A DNA stretch of 64,000 nucleotides from Candidatus Bipolaricaulota bacterium (GCA_026390345.1 JAPLGD010000068.1:24078-88077); one strand, 5' to 3'. Shown: positions 48,609 through 58,490, numbered from the stretch's first letter. Program-made: numbers and translations. Notes: generated from the letters alone by a model not told the origin.

Positions 48609-50575
48609 TCCTGCTCGGCTTGGGCCTGTGCGACGACTTTCTCCTGGATGTTTCCAGGAACCTGTTGGTATCTCGCGAAATCCATCCGGAACGTAGCTCG
48701 CCCTTGGGTGCGTGACTTGAGATCGAGCGCGTAGTTCAACAGCTCGGCGAGCGGCGCCTCGGCGACAACAACCGTGGTCTTCCCCGCCGGCTCCATCCCA
48801 AGGATGCGCCCGCGGCGCCCGTTCATGTCGCTGATGATGTCCCCCATGTGATCCTCAGGCACGCGCACCCTCACGGACATGATCGGCTCGAGGAGGCACG
48901 GCTCCGCGTTGTCGAACGCCTCACGGAACGCGCCCCTCGCAGCGAGCTTGAACGCAAGCTCGGAGGAGTCCACCGGGTGGAAGCTTCCGTCGAACACCGC
49001 GACGAGGACCTCCGTGACCGGGAACTTGGCCAGGCTGCCCTGCTCCAGCGCCTCGAGGATGCCCTTCTCGACGCCGGGCACGTACTGGTTGGGAATCGAC
49101 GCGCCCTTGATCTCGTCGACGAACTTGAACCCGCCCTCGCCCTTGTACGGCTCGATGCGCAGCCACACCTCGCCGAACTGGCCACGGCCGCCGGTCTGCT
49201 TCTTGTGACGGTACTTGGCCTCCGCCTTCTTCCGAATCGTCTCCTTGTACGGGATCCGCGGCTGTCGGGTTTCGAGCGAGACGTTGTATCGGTTTTTGAG
49301 CCTCTCGATGAACACGGACACGTGCACGTCTCCCATCCCGTGCAGCGTGAGCTCCTTCGTGACCGGATCGCGTTCCACGACGATCGTGGCCTTGGTCGCC
49401 GCGATCTCCTTCAGCGCCGCGCCCATCTTGTCGACGTCCGCCTGGCTCTTCGGAACGATCGTCCGCGAGAAGACCGGCCTCGGGAACTCCAGCATCGGGA
49501 ACGCCTCTCCGCCTTGGCTGACCCCGAGCGTCGCTCCAAGGGCGATGTGCTCCGCCTTGGCGATCGCGACGATCTCGCCGGGTCCTGCTTGGGGAACGCG
49601 CTTCTGCTTCGTGCCTTCGAGAGCGTAAAGGTCACGCACGTCGACCTTCGCTCCGGACACGACGTCCACGAGACCCTTCCCCTCCTGAATCGTGCCCTCG
49701 AGGACCCGCACGAAGGAGAGACGTCCGAGGTACGGGTCGCTCGCCAGGTTGAACGCCACGACGCGACACGGTGCGCCCGCATCACCGGCTCGCGGCGCAA
49801 CGTAGCCCACGAACGCCTTCAGCAGCTGATCGAGTCCCTTCCCCTCCGTCACCGAAGAGCAGAGGACTGGGACGATGGCTCCGGCCGCGATCCCCTTCAC
49901 GAGCGCCCGGGCGACCTCGCTTTCGCTGATCGGTGCCTCATCGAGGAACTTCATCATCAATTCGTCGTCCGCCGTCGCGACCTCTTCAAGAAGAGCGCCA
50001 CGCGCCATCTCGACTTCGTCGGTGATGTCGGCCGGGATCTCCTTCTTTGCCTTGTCGGCGAAGTCCACGAGTCGGTTCGAGACGAGGTCGACCATGCCCG
50101 TGAACGCTCCGCCGGCGCGGATTGGCATCTGGACCGGAACCAGCTTCCCTTCGAAGTGGTTACGCAGGTCAGCCACGGCCTTGTCGAAGTTCGCGTTCTC
50201 CTTGTCCATCAGGTTGACGAGAACGATCGTCGGGCGCTTCGCGCCCCCGGAGATCTCCCACGCCCGCTCCGTGACGACCTCCACGGCCTTCTCCGCGTTC
50301 ACCACGAGGACCGTCAGATCCGCAACGGGAATCCCTTTGTACATCTCCTCGATGAACTCATCGCCGCCCGGCGTGTCGAGGAGAGTAATCGAGACACCGT
50401 CCGCCTGGAACGCGCCGAAGCCCATGTCGAGCGTGTGCCCACGTTCCTTCTCCTCCTGCGACGCGTCCAGCGTGATCTGCTCTTTGGTGCCCGCGCGCGC
50501 TAGGAGCGCGGCGGTAAGGGCCGTCTTCCCAGTACCGGAGTGCCCCACCAAGCAGATGGTCCGAGCCTGCCCCAT
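48605..50575 (-). CDS. Elongation factor G-like protein (EF-G2)
   Basis: GHSGTGKT, DTPG, GMGDVH, KKQTGGRGQFG, DGSFHPVDSSELAF, LLEPIM. Promoter TTGCTC-17-TATACT at 50644-50616. Confidence 0.92.
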   Translation of the reverse strand: MGQARTICLVGHSGTGKTALTAALLARAGTKEQITLDASQEEKERGHTLDMGFGAFQADGVSITLLDTPGGDEFIEEMYKGIPVADLTVLVVNAEKAVEVVTERAWEISGGAKRPTIVLVNLMDKENANFDKAVADLRNHFEGKLVPVQMPIRAGGAFTGMVDLVSNRLVDFADKAKKEIPADITDEVEMARGALLEEVATADDELMMKFLDEAPISESEVARALVKGIAAGAIVPVLCSSVTEGKGLDQLLKAFVGYVAPRAGDAGAPCRVVAFNLASDPYLGRLSFVRVLEGTIQEGKGLVDVVSGAKVDVRDLYALEGTKQKRVPQAGPGEIVAIAKAEHIALGATLGVSQGGEAFPMLEFPRPVFSRTIVPKSQADVDKMGAALKEIAATKATIVVERDPVTKELTLHGMGDVHVSVFIERLKNRYNVSLETRQPRIPYKETIRKKAEAKYRHKKQTGGRGQFGEVWLRIEPYKGEGGFKFVDEIKGASIPNQYVPGVEKGILEALEQGSLAKFPVTEVLVAVFDGSFHPVDSSELAFKLAARGAFREAFDNAEPCLLEPIMSVRVRVPEDHMGDIISDMNGRRGRILGMEPAGKTTVVVAEAPLAELLNYALDLKSRTQGRATFRMDFARYQQVPGNIQEKVVAQAQAEQE

Positions 50576-50655
50576 GTCGATGTCCCCCTTGGGTGAACGA
50601 TAAGTGGTCTTGCGGAGTATATCGACCCCTCGCGGAGGGAGCAAGAATCGCCGCT

Positions 50656-50860
50656 ACGGTTGCGGTTCCGCCCTCCGTACACGGTTGCGGCTCCGCCCTC
50701 CGTACACGGTTGCGGCTCCGCCCTCCGTGCACGCTTGCGGCCCCGCCCTCCGTGCACGCTTGCCGCCCCGCCCTCTCATCAAGCTTGCGGCTCGGCCACG
50801 GCACGCCGTCCGCTTGCCGCTCCGTCCGCGTTTGCGGCCCCGCCCGGCGCCGCGTATCCT
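50656..50860 (+). repeat. 25-bp tandem repeat array (5 clear units plus degenerate units)
   Basis: Unit ACGSTTGCGGCYCCGCCCTCCGTRC at 50656, 50681, 50706, 50731 and 50756; degenerate to ~50850. The last TTGCGG (50832) is 17 nt from TATCCT (50855). Confidence 0.9.
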
Positions 50861-50917
50861 CTTCGTCCTTCCTCTGCGTCGAAGCCGGGGAAATACCACG
50901 GAACGCGGGAGGTTCAC

Positions 50918-52531
50918 ATGGCGACGCAGCTCTTGCTCGGAGATGAGGCGCTCGCTCAGGGTGCGATCGACGCCGGACTTTCCGCAGCGTACGCGTACCC
51001 CGGCACTCCGTCCACGGAGATCACCGAGCACATCCTTCGCAGCCCGGAGGCCCGAGCCGGCGAGATCGTCTGCCGCTGGGCCGCAAACGAGAAGACCGCG
51101 CTCGAGGCGGCGCTTGGCGCAAGCTACGCCGGGAAGCGCGCGATGGCGAGCATGAAGCACGTCGGGTTGAACGTCGCCGCCGATCCGTTCGTGAACGCTG
51201 CGATCTCCGGCGCCCACGGCGGACTCCTCGTCAACGTCGCCGACGACCCGTCCATGCACTCGTCCCAGAACGAGCAGGACTCGCGGCTCTATGCCGAGCT
51301 CGCGCTCGTTCCGTGCTTCGAGCCCTCCGACCAGCAGGAGGCCTACGCCGTTCCGGCGCGCGCCTTCGAGCTGTCGGAGACTTACCGCGTCCCGGTTCTC
51401 GTCCGCCTGACGACGCGGCTCGCCCACTCCCGCGCCACGGTCGAGGTCGGCGGACAACGTCCGCAGAACCCGCTCTCGCGACCCGAGCAGCCCGAGCGAT
51501 TCATCCTCCTCCCCGCGATCGCGAAGCGAAGCTACGAGCGCCTCGTCGGTCATCAGCCCGACTTCGTTCGCGAAAGCGAGGCGAGTCCGTTCAATCGCCT
51601 GTCGCAGGACGGCGACCGCGCGCTCGGAATCGTGGCGTGCGGCATCGCCTACAATTACCTCCTCGAGGTGACAGACGGCGCGCCGCGGCACCCGGTCCTC
51701 AAGGTCGGCCAGTATCCGCTTCCTGCGCGTGACGTCGAGTGGCTCGTCGAGCACTGCGGCAGGATCCTCATCCTCGAAGAGGGATACCCCTACGTAGAAG
51801 GCAAGCTTCGGGGCCTCCCGCCGCGCTCGGCGCCGGCAATCCACGGCCGCCTCACGGGCGACGTCCCGCGGACCGGCGAGTTGTCACCCGACATTGTCGC
51901 CGCGGCGCTCGGACTCAGTGCGCTCGCCCGCCGAGCGGCGTCTTCGGTCCCGGCACCGCGTCCGCCTGCCTTCTGTCCCGGGTGCCCGCACGCCGACACG
52001 TGCAAGGTGCTTGCCGAGGTCCTCGTGTCCCGCCGCGACTCTGCCCGCGTCTTCTCCGACATTGGGTGCTACACGCTTGGCGCGCTCCCGCCGCACGGCG
52101 TCATCGACACGTGCGTCGAGATGGGTGCGTCGATCACCATGGCCCACGGCGCGTCCGAGGCCGGGCTTCGCCCGGCCGTCGCCCTGATCGGCGACTCGAC
52201 GTTCACCCACTCGGGCATGACGGGGCTCCTCGACTGCGTCAACGCCAACGCCGACGTCACGGTCATCATCGTCGACAACCTCACCGTGGCGATGACCGGC
52301 GGCCAACGCTCGGCGGCGGAGAACCGGCTCGTCTCCATCTGCCGCGGGCTCGGCGTGGACGAAGCCCACATCCGCGTCATCGAACCCCATCCACGCAACC
52401 ACAAGCAGAACGTCGCCGTTCTCGACCAGGAGATTCAGTACCCGGGAACCTCCGTCATCATCGCGCAGCGCGAATGTATCCAGACGGCCAAACGGTCCGC
52501 GCGCCGGGGAGCGCGGGGAGGCCAGGAATGA
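50918..52531 (+). CDS. iorA: Indolepyruvate:ferredoxin oxidoreductase alpha subunit
   Basis: YPGTPSTE, NEKTALE, MKHVGLNVAAD, SSQNEQD, CPGCPH, DIGCY, GDSTFTHSG. Confidence 0.92.
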   Translation: MATQLLLGDEALAQGAIDAGLSAAYAYPGTPSTEITEHILRSPEARAGEIVCRWAANEKTALEAALGASYAGKRAMASMKHVGLNVAADPFVNAAISGAHGGLLVNVADDPSMHSSQNEQDSRLYAELALVPCFEPSDQQEAYAVPARAFELSETYRVPVLVRLTTRLAHSRATVEVGGQRPQNPLSRPEQPERFILLPAIAKRSYERLVGHQPDFVRESEASPFNRLSQDGDRALGIVACGIAYNYLLEVTDGAPRHPVLKVGQYPLPARDVEWLVEHCGRILILEEGYPYVEGKLRGLPPRSAPAIHGRLTGDVPRTGELSPDIVAAALGLSALARRAASSVPAPRPPAFCPGCPHADTCKVLAEVLVSRRDSARVFSDIGCYTLGALPPHGVIDTCVEMGASITMAHGASEAGLRPAVALIGDSTFTHSGMTGLLDCVNANADVTVIIVDNLTVAMTGGQRSAAENRLVSICRGLGVDEAHIRVIEPHPRNHKQNVAVLDQEIQYPGTSVIIAQRECIQTAKRSARRGARGGQE

Positions 52532-53109
52532 GGCGCGACATCATCCTCGCCGGCGTCGGCGGCCAGGGCCTGTTGGCTCTCGCGGCCGTGCTCGGTCAGG
52601 CCGCCCGCGGGCTTGGCCTTCACCTCAAGCAGGCCGAAGTCCACGGCATGGCCCAACGCGGCGGCGTCGTGCAAAGCCACGTCCGCTTCGGCGACCGCCC
52701 CGTCCACTCTGACCTTGTCCGCGAAGGAACGGCAGACCTCGTTCTCGCGCTCGAGCCGATGGAGGCGCTCCGCTACCTTCCGTACCTGAAGCTCGACGGC
52801 GCCCTCGTCTCCGATACGCGGCCGGTGCGCAACATCCCGGAGTACCCGGACGTCGACCGCATTCTCGCCGAGCTGCGGGTGATCACGCCCCATCGCCTCG
52901 TCGACGCCGCGGCCCTCGCCGAGCAAGCCGGATCGCCGCAGGCGAGCAACCTGGTTGTCCTCGGCGCGGGGCTTCCGTTCCTCGGCCTCCCCGTGGAGGC
53001 TCTCGAGGACGGGATCCGCGCCGCCTTCGCGGGCAAGGCGGAGGCCGTCGTCGCCGCGAACCTTCGCGGATTCAAGCTCGGCGTCGAGTGGACGCAGGTG
53101 CCATCGTAG
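52528..53109 (+). CDS. iorB: Indolepyruvate:ferredoxin oxidoreductase beta subunit
   Basis: GVGGQG, EVHGMAQRGG, EPMEALR. Confidence 0.92.
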   Translation: MRRDIILAGVGGQGLLALAAVLGQAARGLGLHLKQAEVHGMAQRGGVVQSHVRFGDRPVHSDLVREGTADLVLALEPMEALRYLPYLKLDGALVSDTRPVRNIPEYPDVDRILAELRVITPHRLVDAAALAEQAGSPQASNLVVLGAGLPFLGLPVEALEDGIRAAFAGKAEAVVAANLRGFKLGVEWTQVPS

Positions 53110-53197
53110 AGCCCCTCGCACCTCCCACACGCCCTCGGCTTGCCGGCTGGGAATCGTCCCGGTAGGCTATCCGCGTTCAGGATTCCGGGAGGTCAAG

Positions 53198-54094
53198 ATG
53201 CGAAAGCTCGTTGGGGTCCCTGTTGTCCTCGTCCTTCTCCTCATCGTCGGTTCGTGCTTCGTCGCGTCGGATTCGACGGGCGTCGTGCGCATCGGCGTCT
53301 TCACCGACATCCACGTCCACGACACCAACTCGCCCAACGAACACAAGGTGATGGCGAACTACGAGCCGCGGCTCACGGCGTTCGTCGAGGCGATGACGGC
53401 GTGGCCGGCCGACGCCGTCGTCTCGCTCGGCGACCTCGTGAACGGCGTCTTCGTCATGGGCGCCGATCTCGGCGACTCCGCGCGCATCCCTGCGCTCCTC
53501 GACCGTGCCGTCGGGATCCTCCACGGCTACTCGGGGCCGATCAGCTACGTCTTGGGGAACCACGACGTGTACAACCTGACCAAAGCGCAGTTCCTCGCAG
53601 CCACCGGATCGCCCGCCGCGTACCGGAGCTTCGACCTCGGCGCCTACCACGTCGCGATCCTCGACGCCCAGTTCAACAAGGCAGGCCAGGACTACGGGAA
53701 CGTGAGTTGGATGGTCCAAGGGACGATCCCCACCGCGGAGCTCGAGTGGCTGCGCGCCGACCTCGCCGCAACCCAGAAGCCGACAATCGTCTGCGTCCAC
53801 CAGCCGCTTGACCTGGCGTTCGAGCTTCTCGCCGGCGGACCGTCGGTCTCGAACGCCCCCGAGGTGCGCGCCGTTCTTGCCGCCTCCGGCCGCGTCATCA
53901 CCGTCTTCCAAGGACACACGCACGACTCGGCCCACACCGTCATCGACGGGATTCACTACGTCACCTTCGCCGGCATGGTCGATGCCGATGTGCCGACGCC
54001 CGCGTCGTGGGCCGCGGTGACCCTGGACCCGACCGCGCGGACGATCCACATCGAGGGTGTCGGACTCCAAGAGACCCTCGACATCGTCTACTAA
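53198..54094 (+). CDS. Secreted calcineurin-like metallophosphoesterase
   Basis: DIH, GDLVN, GNHD, GHTH; signal peptide; promoter TTGCCG-17-TAGGCT at 53140-53168. Confidence 0.88.
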   Translation: MRKLVGVPVVLVLLLIVGSCFVASDSTGVVRIGVFTDIHVHDTNSPNEHKVMANYEPRLTAFVEAMTAWPADAVVSLGDLVNGVFVMGADLGDSARIPALLDRAVGILHGYSGPISYVLGNHDVYNLTKAQFLAATGSPAAYRSFDLGAYHVAILDAQFNKAGQDYGNVSWMVQGTIPTAELEWLRADLAATQKPTIVCVHQPLDLAFELLAGGPSVSNAPEVRAVLAASGRVITVFQGHTHDSAHTVIDGIHYVTFAGMVDADVPTPASWAAVTLDPTARTIHIEGVGLQETLDIVY

Positions 54095-54124
54095 CTAGCA
54101 GGAAGAAGGGAAGGAGGACCGCCG

Positions 54125-55096
54125 GTGAGTCGGCTGTCGAAGCTTGGCATGGCATGGGCGGCGGCAGTTCTCGTAGTGCTCCTCGCCGTCCTCGAGGGAG
54201 GCGCGGACCCCGCCGCGGATGCCGCGAGCAGCGTCAGCGCCAGTGACGCTGCCCCCGTTCGCTTTGGCCTCTTCACCGATCTGCACGCCGATGACCGAGA
54301 CTCGCCGGCCGAGCGAAAGCGGATGACCCACACGGCCGAGCGCCTCGGCGCCTTCTGCGCGGCGATGAATGCCGAGGCCGTCGACTTCACGATCGAGCTC
54401 GGCGACTTCGTCAATGGCTGGCTCGTCCTGGGTGCCGATCCCGGGGACCCAGGCAGGATTCCCGAGATCCTCGCGTGGGCAGACTCGCTCTACGCCGCGT
54501 TCACGGGACCTCGCTACCACGTCCTCGGGAACCACGACCTCTTCAATCTCGACAAGGTGGCGATCCGCGAGATCCTGGGGCTCGAGCGGACCTACTACAG
54601 CTTCGACGTCCGGGGCGTTCACTTCGTCGTTCTCGACGCGGAGTTTGCCGAAAACGGAAGCGACCTCGCGCGGACGTACACCGGCGTCGCCGGGTTCATC
54701 CCGCCCGCGGAGCTGGTTTGGCTGAGCGAGGACCTCGCCGGGTCCGACCGTCCGACGATCGTCTTCGTCCATCAGATGCTCGACGAGTACATCGAGGAGT
54801 GGGGCCGTTCCCTCATTGCCAACCAGCGCGAGGTGCAGGCCGTTCTCTCCGCGGACCCCGAGGTTGTCGCCGTGCTCCAGGGACACGCCCACGCGTTCCG
54901 CCACAGCGAGGTCGGCGGCGTTCACTACCTCACGTTTGCAGCGCTCGTCGATCAGGAGACGCCGCCCTCGTGGGCCCTCGTGACCGTCGATCCTGCGGCG
55001 CGAACCGTCATGATCGATGGCACGGGAGAGCAGCCGAACCTTGGGTTCTCGTACGAGATCTCGCGCCCCGGCGCGAGCAAGGGAGGAACCGAATGA
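54125..55096 (+). CDS. Secreted calcineurin-like metallophosphoesterase (paralog)
   Basis: DLH, GDFVN, GNHD, GHAH; signal peptide. Confidence 0.88.
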   Translation: MSRLSKLGMAWAAAVLVVLLAVLEGGADPAADAASSVSASDAAPVRFGLFTDLHADDRDSPAERKRMTHTAERLGAFCAAMNAEAVDFTIELGDFVNGWLVLGADPGDPGRIPEILAWADSLYAAFTGPRYHVLGNHDLFNLDKVAIREILGLERTYYSFDVRGVHFVVLDAEFAENGSDLARTYTGVAGFIPPAELVWLSEDLAGSDRPTIVFVHQMLDEYIEEWGRSLIANQREVQAVLSADPEVVAVLQGHAHAFRHSEVGGVHYLTFAALVDQETPPSWALVTVDPAARTVMIDGTGEQPNLGFSYEISRPGASKGGTE

Positions 55097-55386
55097 TCGT
55101 CGACTTCAGCATCGCTCCGATCGGTCGCGGCGAGAGCCTAAGCCGCTACGTCGCTGAGGCGTACCGGATCATCGAGGCGTCCGGCGTCCGGCACGAGTTC
55201 CACGCGATGGGCACGAACCTCGAAGGCGACTGGGGCGAGGTCATGACCGTCGTCAATGCCTGTCGCTTGCGCTTGCTCGAGACGTGCGGGCGCGTGTCGA
55301 TCTCGCTCCGCATCGACGACCGCAAAGGGGCATCCGACCGCCTCGGCCACAAGGTCGCGTCGGCACAGGAGAAAGCGGGGCTCTAG
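55093..55386 (+). CDS. Thiamine-binding protein family (MTH1187/DUF77)
   Basis: FSIAPIG, SLSRYVA, AMGTNLEG, RIDDR. Confidence 0.88.
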   Translation: MIVDFSIAPIGRGESLSRYVAEAYRIIEASGVRHEFHAMGTNLEGDWGEVMTVVNACRLRLLETCGRVSISLRIDDRKGASDRLGHKVASAQEKAGL

Positions 55387-56996
55387 TCCGCCGCCGGGTG
55401 AATGACGAGCACGTCGCCGGCGATGTTCGCGGCGTGATCGCCGATCCGCTCTAGGTTATGGAGGATCTCCACGAACAGGATCCCTGCCTCCGGATCGCAC
55501 TCGTCTGACTCCAGGCGCTCGACGTGGTGGCTCTTGTACCGCGTTTCAAGCTCGTCCAAGTGCTTCTCCAAATCCAGGGCCCGCTTGGCTTCGCCGATGT
55601 TCTCTGTGTCAAGCGCGGCAAGCGATAGCTGGTAGAGCTCGATCGCCCGGTCGAACATGTCGCCAAGCTCGCCGGCCGCCACCGCGGAGAGGCTGCGGCC
55701 CTTCGCCATCAGCTTTTCGGCACGCACGGTGATGTTGACGGCCTGGTCGCCCACCCGTTCGACATCGGCGACGATGTGGCGGAGGACGTGGAGGCGGCGC
55801 TCGTCCTTCCCGCTGAGCGCACTGCCGTCAATTCGGTCGAGGAACTCGTCGACCGAGTCCTTGAGCCCGTCGACCGCCTCCTCCACCTCGCCAACCGACG
55901 CGATCTCCGTGGAATCGCGCTTCAGGATCCCTTCCTTGCACGCGCGGATCATCGCCGCCGTCATCCCACCCATCCGCAGGAGCTCGCGCTGTGCCTGGCG
56001 CACGGCGAACGCAGGCGTCGCCAGGAATTGCTCCCCGAGGAACTGCGCTCGCCCCCCGGTGCCCTCCTCGCGCCCCCGCACGAGCATCCGAGCAACCCAA
56101 ACCAGCCCGCCGACGCAAGGAATAAGGGCGAGCGTTACGGCCACGTTAAAGATCGAGTGGGCGTTCGCGATCTGTCGCGGCAGAGAAGACGACGTCATCT
56201 GCACCAATCGCGTGAACCACGGCAGAAAGGGCAGGAACACGCCAACTCCGACCACGTTGACGACCAGCTGGGTCACCGCGAGTCGCCGCGACGAAAGCGA
56301 CGTCCCGATCGATGCGATCTGGGCCGTGACCGTCGTACCGATGTTCGCACCGAGGACGATGGCGATGGCGGCGGGCAGGGAAATCAGCCCCGAGCTGCCC
56401 AGTCCGATGACGAGCGCCGTCATCGCCGCCGAGCTGTGGATGGCCGCCGTCACCCCAGCGCCGACAAGGACGCCGAGAAGCACGTTGTCGCCGCACGCCT
56501 GGAGGACACGCAAGATCGTGGGGCTCTGCGCGAGCCCTACAAGTCCTCCGGTGAAGATGCCCATCCCGAGGAAGACGAGGCCGAGTCCGAGGACGATGCG
56601 GCCGACGTCGCCCACCTTCCTCCCGCGGAACGTCTCCGCCAGGATGTAGCCGACGGCGAGGACCGGCATGTAGTAGATGCCGATCTTGAACGCGATGATC
56701 TGCGCGGTCAGCGTCGTCCCGATCTCCGCCCCGAGCATGACGCCGATTCCCTGCGCCAGGGTGAGGATGCCGGCGTTGATCATCCCGATCAGAAGCACCA
56801 TCGTCATCGTGCTCGACTGAAGGGTCGCCGAGGTGACCATGCCGACGAGGACGCCGCGGTAGGCCTTGCCGGTCAGCCGCTCGACGATCACTCGCATGCG
56901 GTCGCCAACCGCACGTTTGAGCGCGTCGCTCATGATCCTTAGTCCGAACAGGAAGACCGCCAGACCGCCGGCAGCGCTGAAGAGAACCCCGACCAT
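55383..56996 (-). CDS. Na/Pi cotransporter with PhoU domains
   Basis: QSS and HSS repeats, GAEIGTT and GANIGTT, ERVGD and LERIGDH. Confidence 0.92.
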   Translation of the reverse strand: MVGVLFSAAGGLAVFLFGLRIMSDALKRAVGDRMRVIVERLTGKAYRGVLVGMVTSATLQSSTMTMVLLIGMINAGILTLAQGIGVMLGAEIGTTLTAQIIAFKIGIYYMPVLAVGYILAETFRGRKVGDVGRIVLGLGLVFLGMGIFTGGLVGLAQSPTILRVLQACGDNVLLGVLVGAGVTAAIHSSAAMTALVIGLGSSGLISLPAAIAIVLGANIGTTVTAQIASIGTSLSSRRLAVTQLVVNVVGVGVFLPFLPWFTRLVQMTSSSLPRQIANAHSIFNVAVTLALIPCVGGLVWVARMLVRGREEGTGGRAQFLGEQFLATPAFAVRQAQRELLRMGGMTAAMIRACKEGILKRDSTEIASVGEVEEAVDGLKDSVDEFLDRIDGSALSGKDERRLHVLRHIVADVERVGDQAVNITVRAEKLMAKGRSLSAVAAGELGDMFDRAIELYQLSLAALDTENIGEAKRALDLEKHLDELETRYKSHHVERLESDECDPEAGILFVEILHNLERIGDHAANIAGDVLVIHPAAD

Positions 56997-57109
56997 TGCA
57001 CCCCCCGGGGCTGTGTTTCCCGGAAGCGAAGTATATACTCCGCCCGGCATGTTACAAGCCAGATGCCCGTTCGTTACTTGCGTATCCCGTCCAAAACCCG
57101 TAGATTGAG

Positions 57110-58147
57110 ATGACAATGACCGACTGGCTCCGGCGAATGCCGAAGATTGATCTTCACGTCCACCTGGACGGCTCCCTCAGGCTCGAGACGGTCCTGAAGT
57201 TGGCCCGTGCGCTCCCGCCCGAGCAAGCGTTTCCCGACTCGGTCAACCTGAAGAGTGCCGTCATCCCTGGGGCTCGCGGCTCGCTCGAGGAGTACCTCGT
57301 GGCGTTCGACTACACCGTCCCCCTGCTCCAGACATCCGCCGCCCTCGAGCGATCGGCGTACGAGCTGTGCGAGGATGCCGCGAGCGAGAACGTCATCTAC
57401 ATCGAGATCCGCTTCGCGCCGCTCCTCCACACCCGCGCGGATCTGAAGCCGCGAGACGTCGTTGCCGCCGTGCTCGCTGGAATGCATCGCGCCGAGGCCG
57501 ACTTCGGGATCGTCGCCGGGCTAATCCTCACGGCCCTGAAGCAGAACTCGACCGAGCAGTCGATCGAAACCGTCCAGCTGGCCGCGCAGTTCCGCCGCGA
57601 CGGCGTCGTCGGCGTCGACCTCGCTGGGCCGGAGCACCAGAACCCGCCGGTCAAGCACCGCAAGGCGATCGAGTTCGCACACGACGCGGGCATCCACGTC
57701 ACCATCCACGCCGGCGAAGGGTGCTGCCCGGAGCAGATCAAGGAAGCCCTCGACCTGGGAGCGGAGCGGATCGGCCACGGGGTCTACCTTTTCCAGGCGC
57801 CGCGAACCGAGAAGCGGGTCGCCGAGCTGGGCATCCCGCTCGAGATGTGCCCCACGAGCAACCTCCAGGTCGCCGGGTTCATGAAGAACTACCGCGACCA
57901 TCCGATTAAGCGCTACCTCGACGCCGGCATCGTCGCGACGGTCAACACCGACAACCGGCTGATGTCGCAGACCGATATGACGAGCGAGTTCGAGCATCTC
58001 GTGAAGGCGTTCCGCCTCACGAGGAAGAACGTCCAGCGACTGGTCTCAAACAGCGTCCGGGCCGCGTTCGCGTCCGACGACCGAAAACGCGAGCTGCAGG
58101 AGCGCGTCGACGCATTCTTCGCCCCCGCGAGGAAGCAGAAGCCCTGA
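57110..58147 (+). CDS. add: Adenosine deaminase
   Basis: DLHVHLDGS, DLAGPE, HAGE, RIGHG, CPTSN, NTDN. Promoter TTGCGT-17-TAGATT; start may be 57116. Confidence 0.92.
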   Translation: MTMTDWLRRMPKIDLHVHLDGSLRLETVLKLARALPPEQAFPDSVNLKSAVIPGARGSLEEYLVAFDYTVPLLQTSAALERSAYELCEDAASENVIYIEIRFAPLLHTRADLKPRDVVAAVLAGMHRAEADFGIVAGLILTALKQNSTEQSIETVQLAAQFRRDGVVGVDLAGPEHQNPPVKHRKAIEFAHDAGIHVTIHAGEGCCPEQIKEALDLGAERIGHGVYLFQAPRTEKRVAELGIPLEMCPTSNLQVAGFMKNYRDHPIKRYLDAGIVATVNTDNRLMSQTDMTSEFEHLVKAFRLTRKNVQRLVSNSVRAAFASDDRKRELQERVDAFFAPARKQKP

Positions 58148-58163
58148 GAAGCGCGATCGTACG

Positions 58164-58490
58164 TCAGCCGAAGAGGCCTCCCTCTTCGATTTCCTGCCAC
58201 CCAAAGCGCCGCAAGTCGATGCGCCCGTTCGCGTCGAAGGCGACGCCCTCTGCCTTCAAACACTCGATCTGCTCGCCGCCGATGCTCGACTCCCCCTTCG
58301 CGTTGACGACCCGATGCCACGGGACGTCGGGCCGCGGGGCTCCGCGGCCGAGGGCCGCCATCGCGTAGCCGACCTGCCGCGCCGCCTTCGGCATGCCCAC
58401 GAGCTGCGCGATCTGTCCGTACGTCGCAACCTGCCCGCGCGGGATGCGCTTCGTCACTTCGTAGATCCGCTCGTACAGCCCATCGCCCAT
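58164..58490 (-). CDS. Alkyltransferase-like protein (ATL, MGMT family)
   Basis: IPRGQVATYGQIA, ARQVG, PWHRV (Trp in place of the acceptor Cys). Confidence 0.9.
   Translation of the reverse strand: MGDGLYERIYEVTKRIPRGQVATYGQIAQLVGMPKAARQVGYAMAALGRGAPRPDVPWHRVVNAKGESSIGGEQIECLKAEGVAFDANGRIDLRRFGWQEIEEGGLFG

Noticed and set aside
50656..50860. CRISPR array interpretation of the 25-bp repeats (also 58587-58800 and 10991-11116)
   Set aside because: Units are head-to-tail without unique spacers, and there are no cas genes in the window.
50660..50917. Repeat-encoded N-terminal extension of IorA (and of the peptidase from 58710)
   Set aside because: The 25-bp period is not a codon multiple. Family homology begins at ATG 50918 (GGGAGG RBS) and ATG 58836.
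50918..52531. IorA lacking the C-terminal ferredoxin domain as a pseudogene
   Set aside because: The ORF is intact and coupled to iorB; short IorA forms are known.
58164..58490. MGMT with an inactivated active site as a novelty
   Set aside because: PWHRV defines the known alkyltransferase-like (ATL) family.
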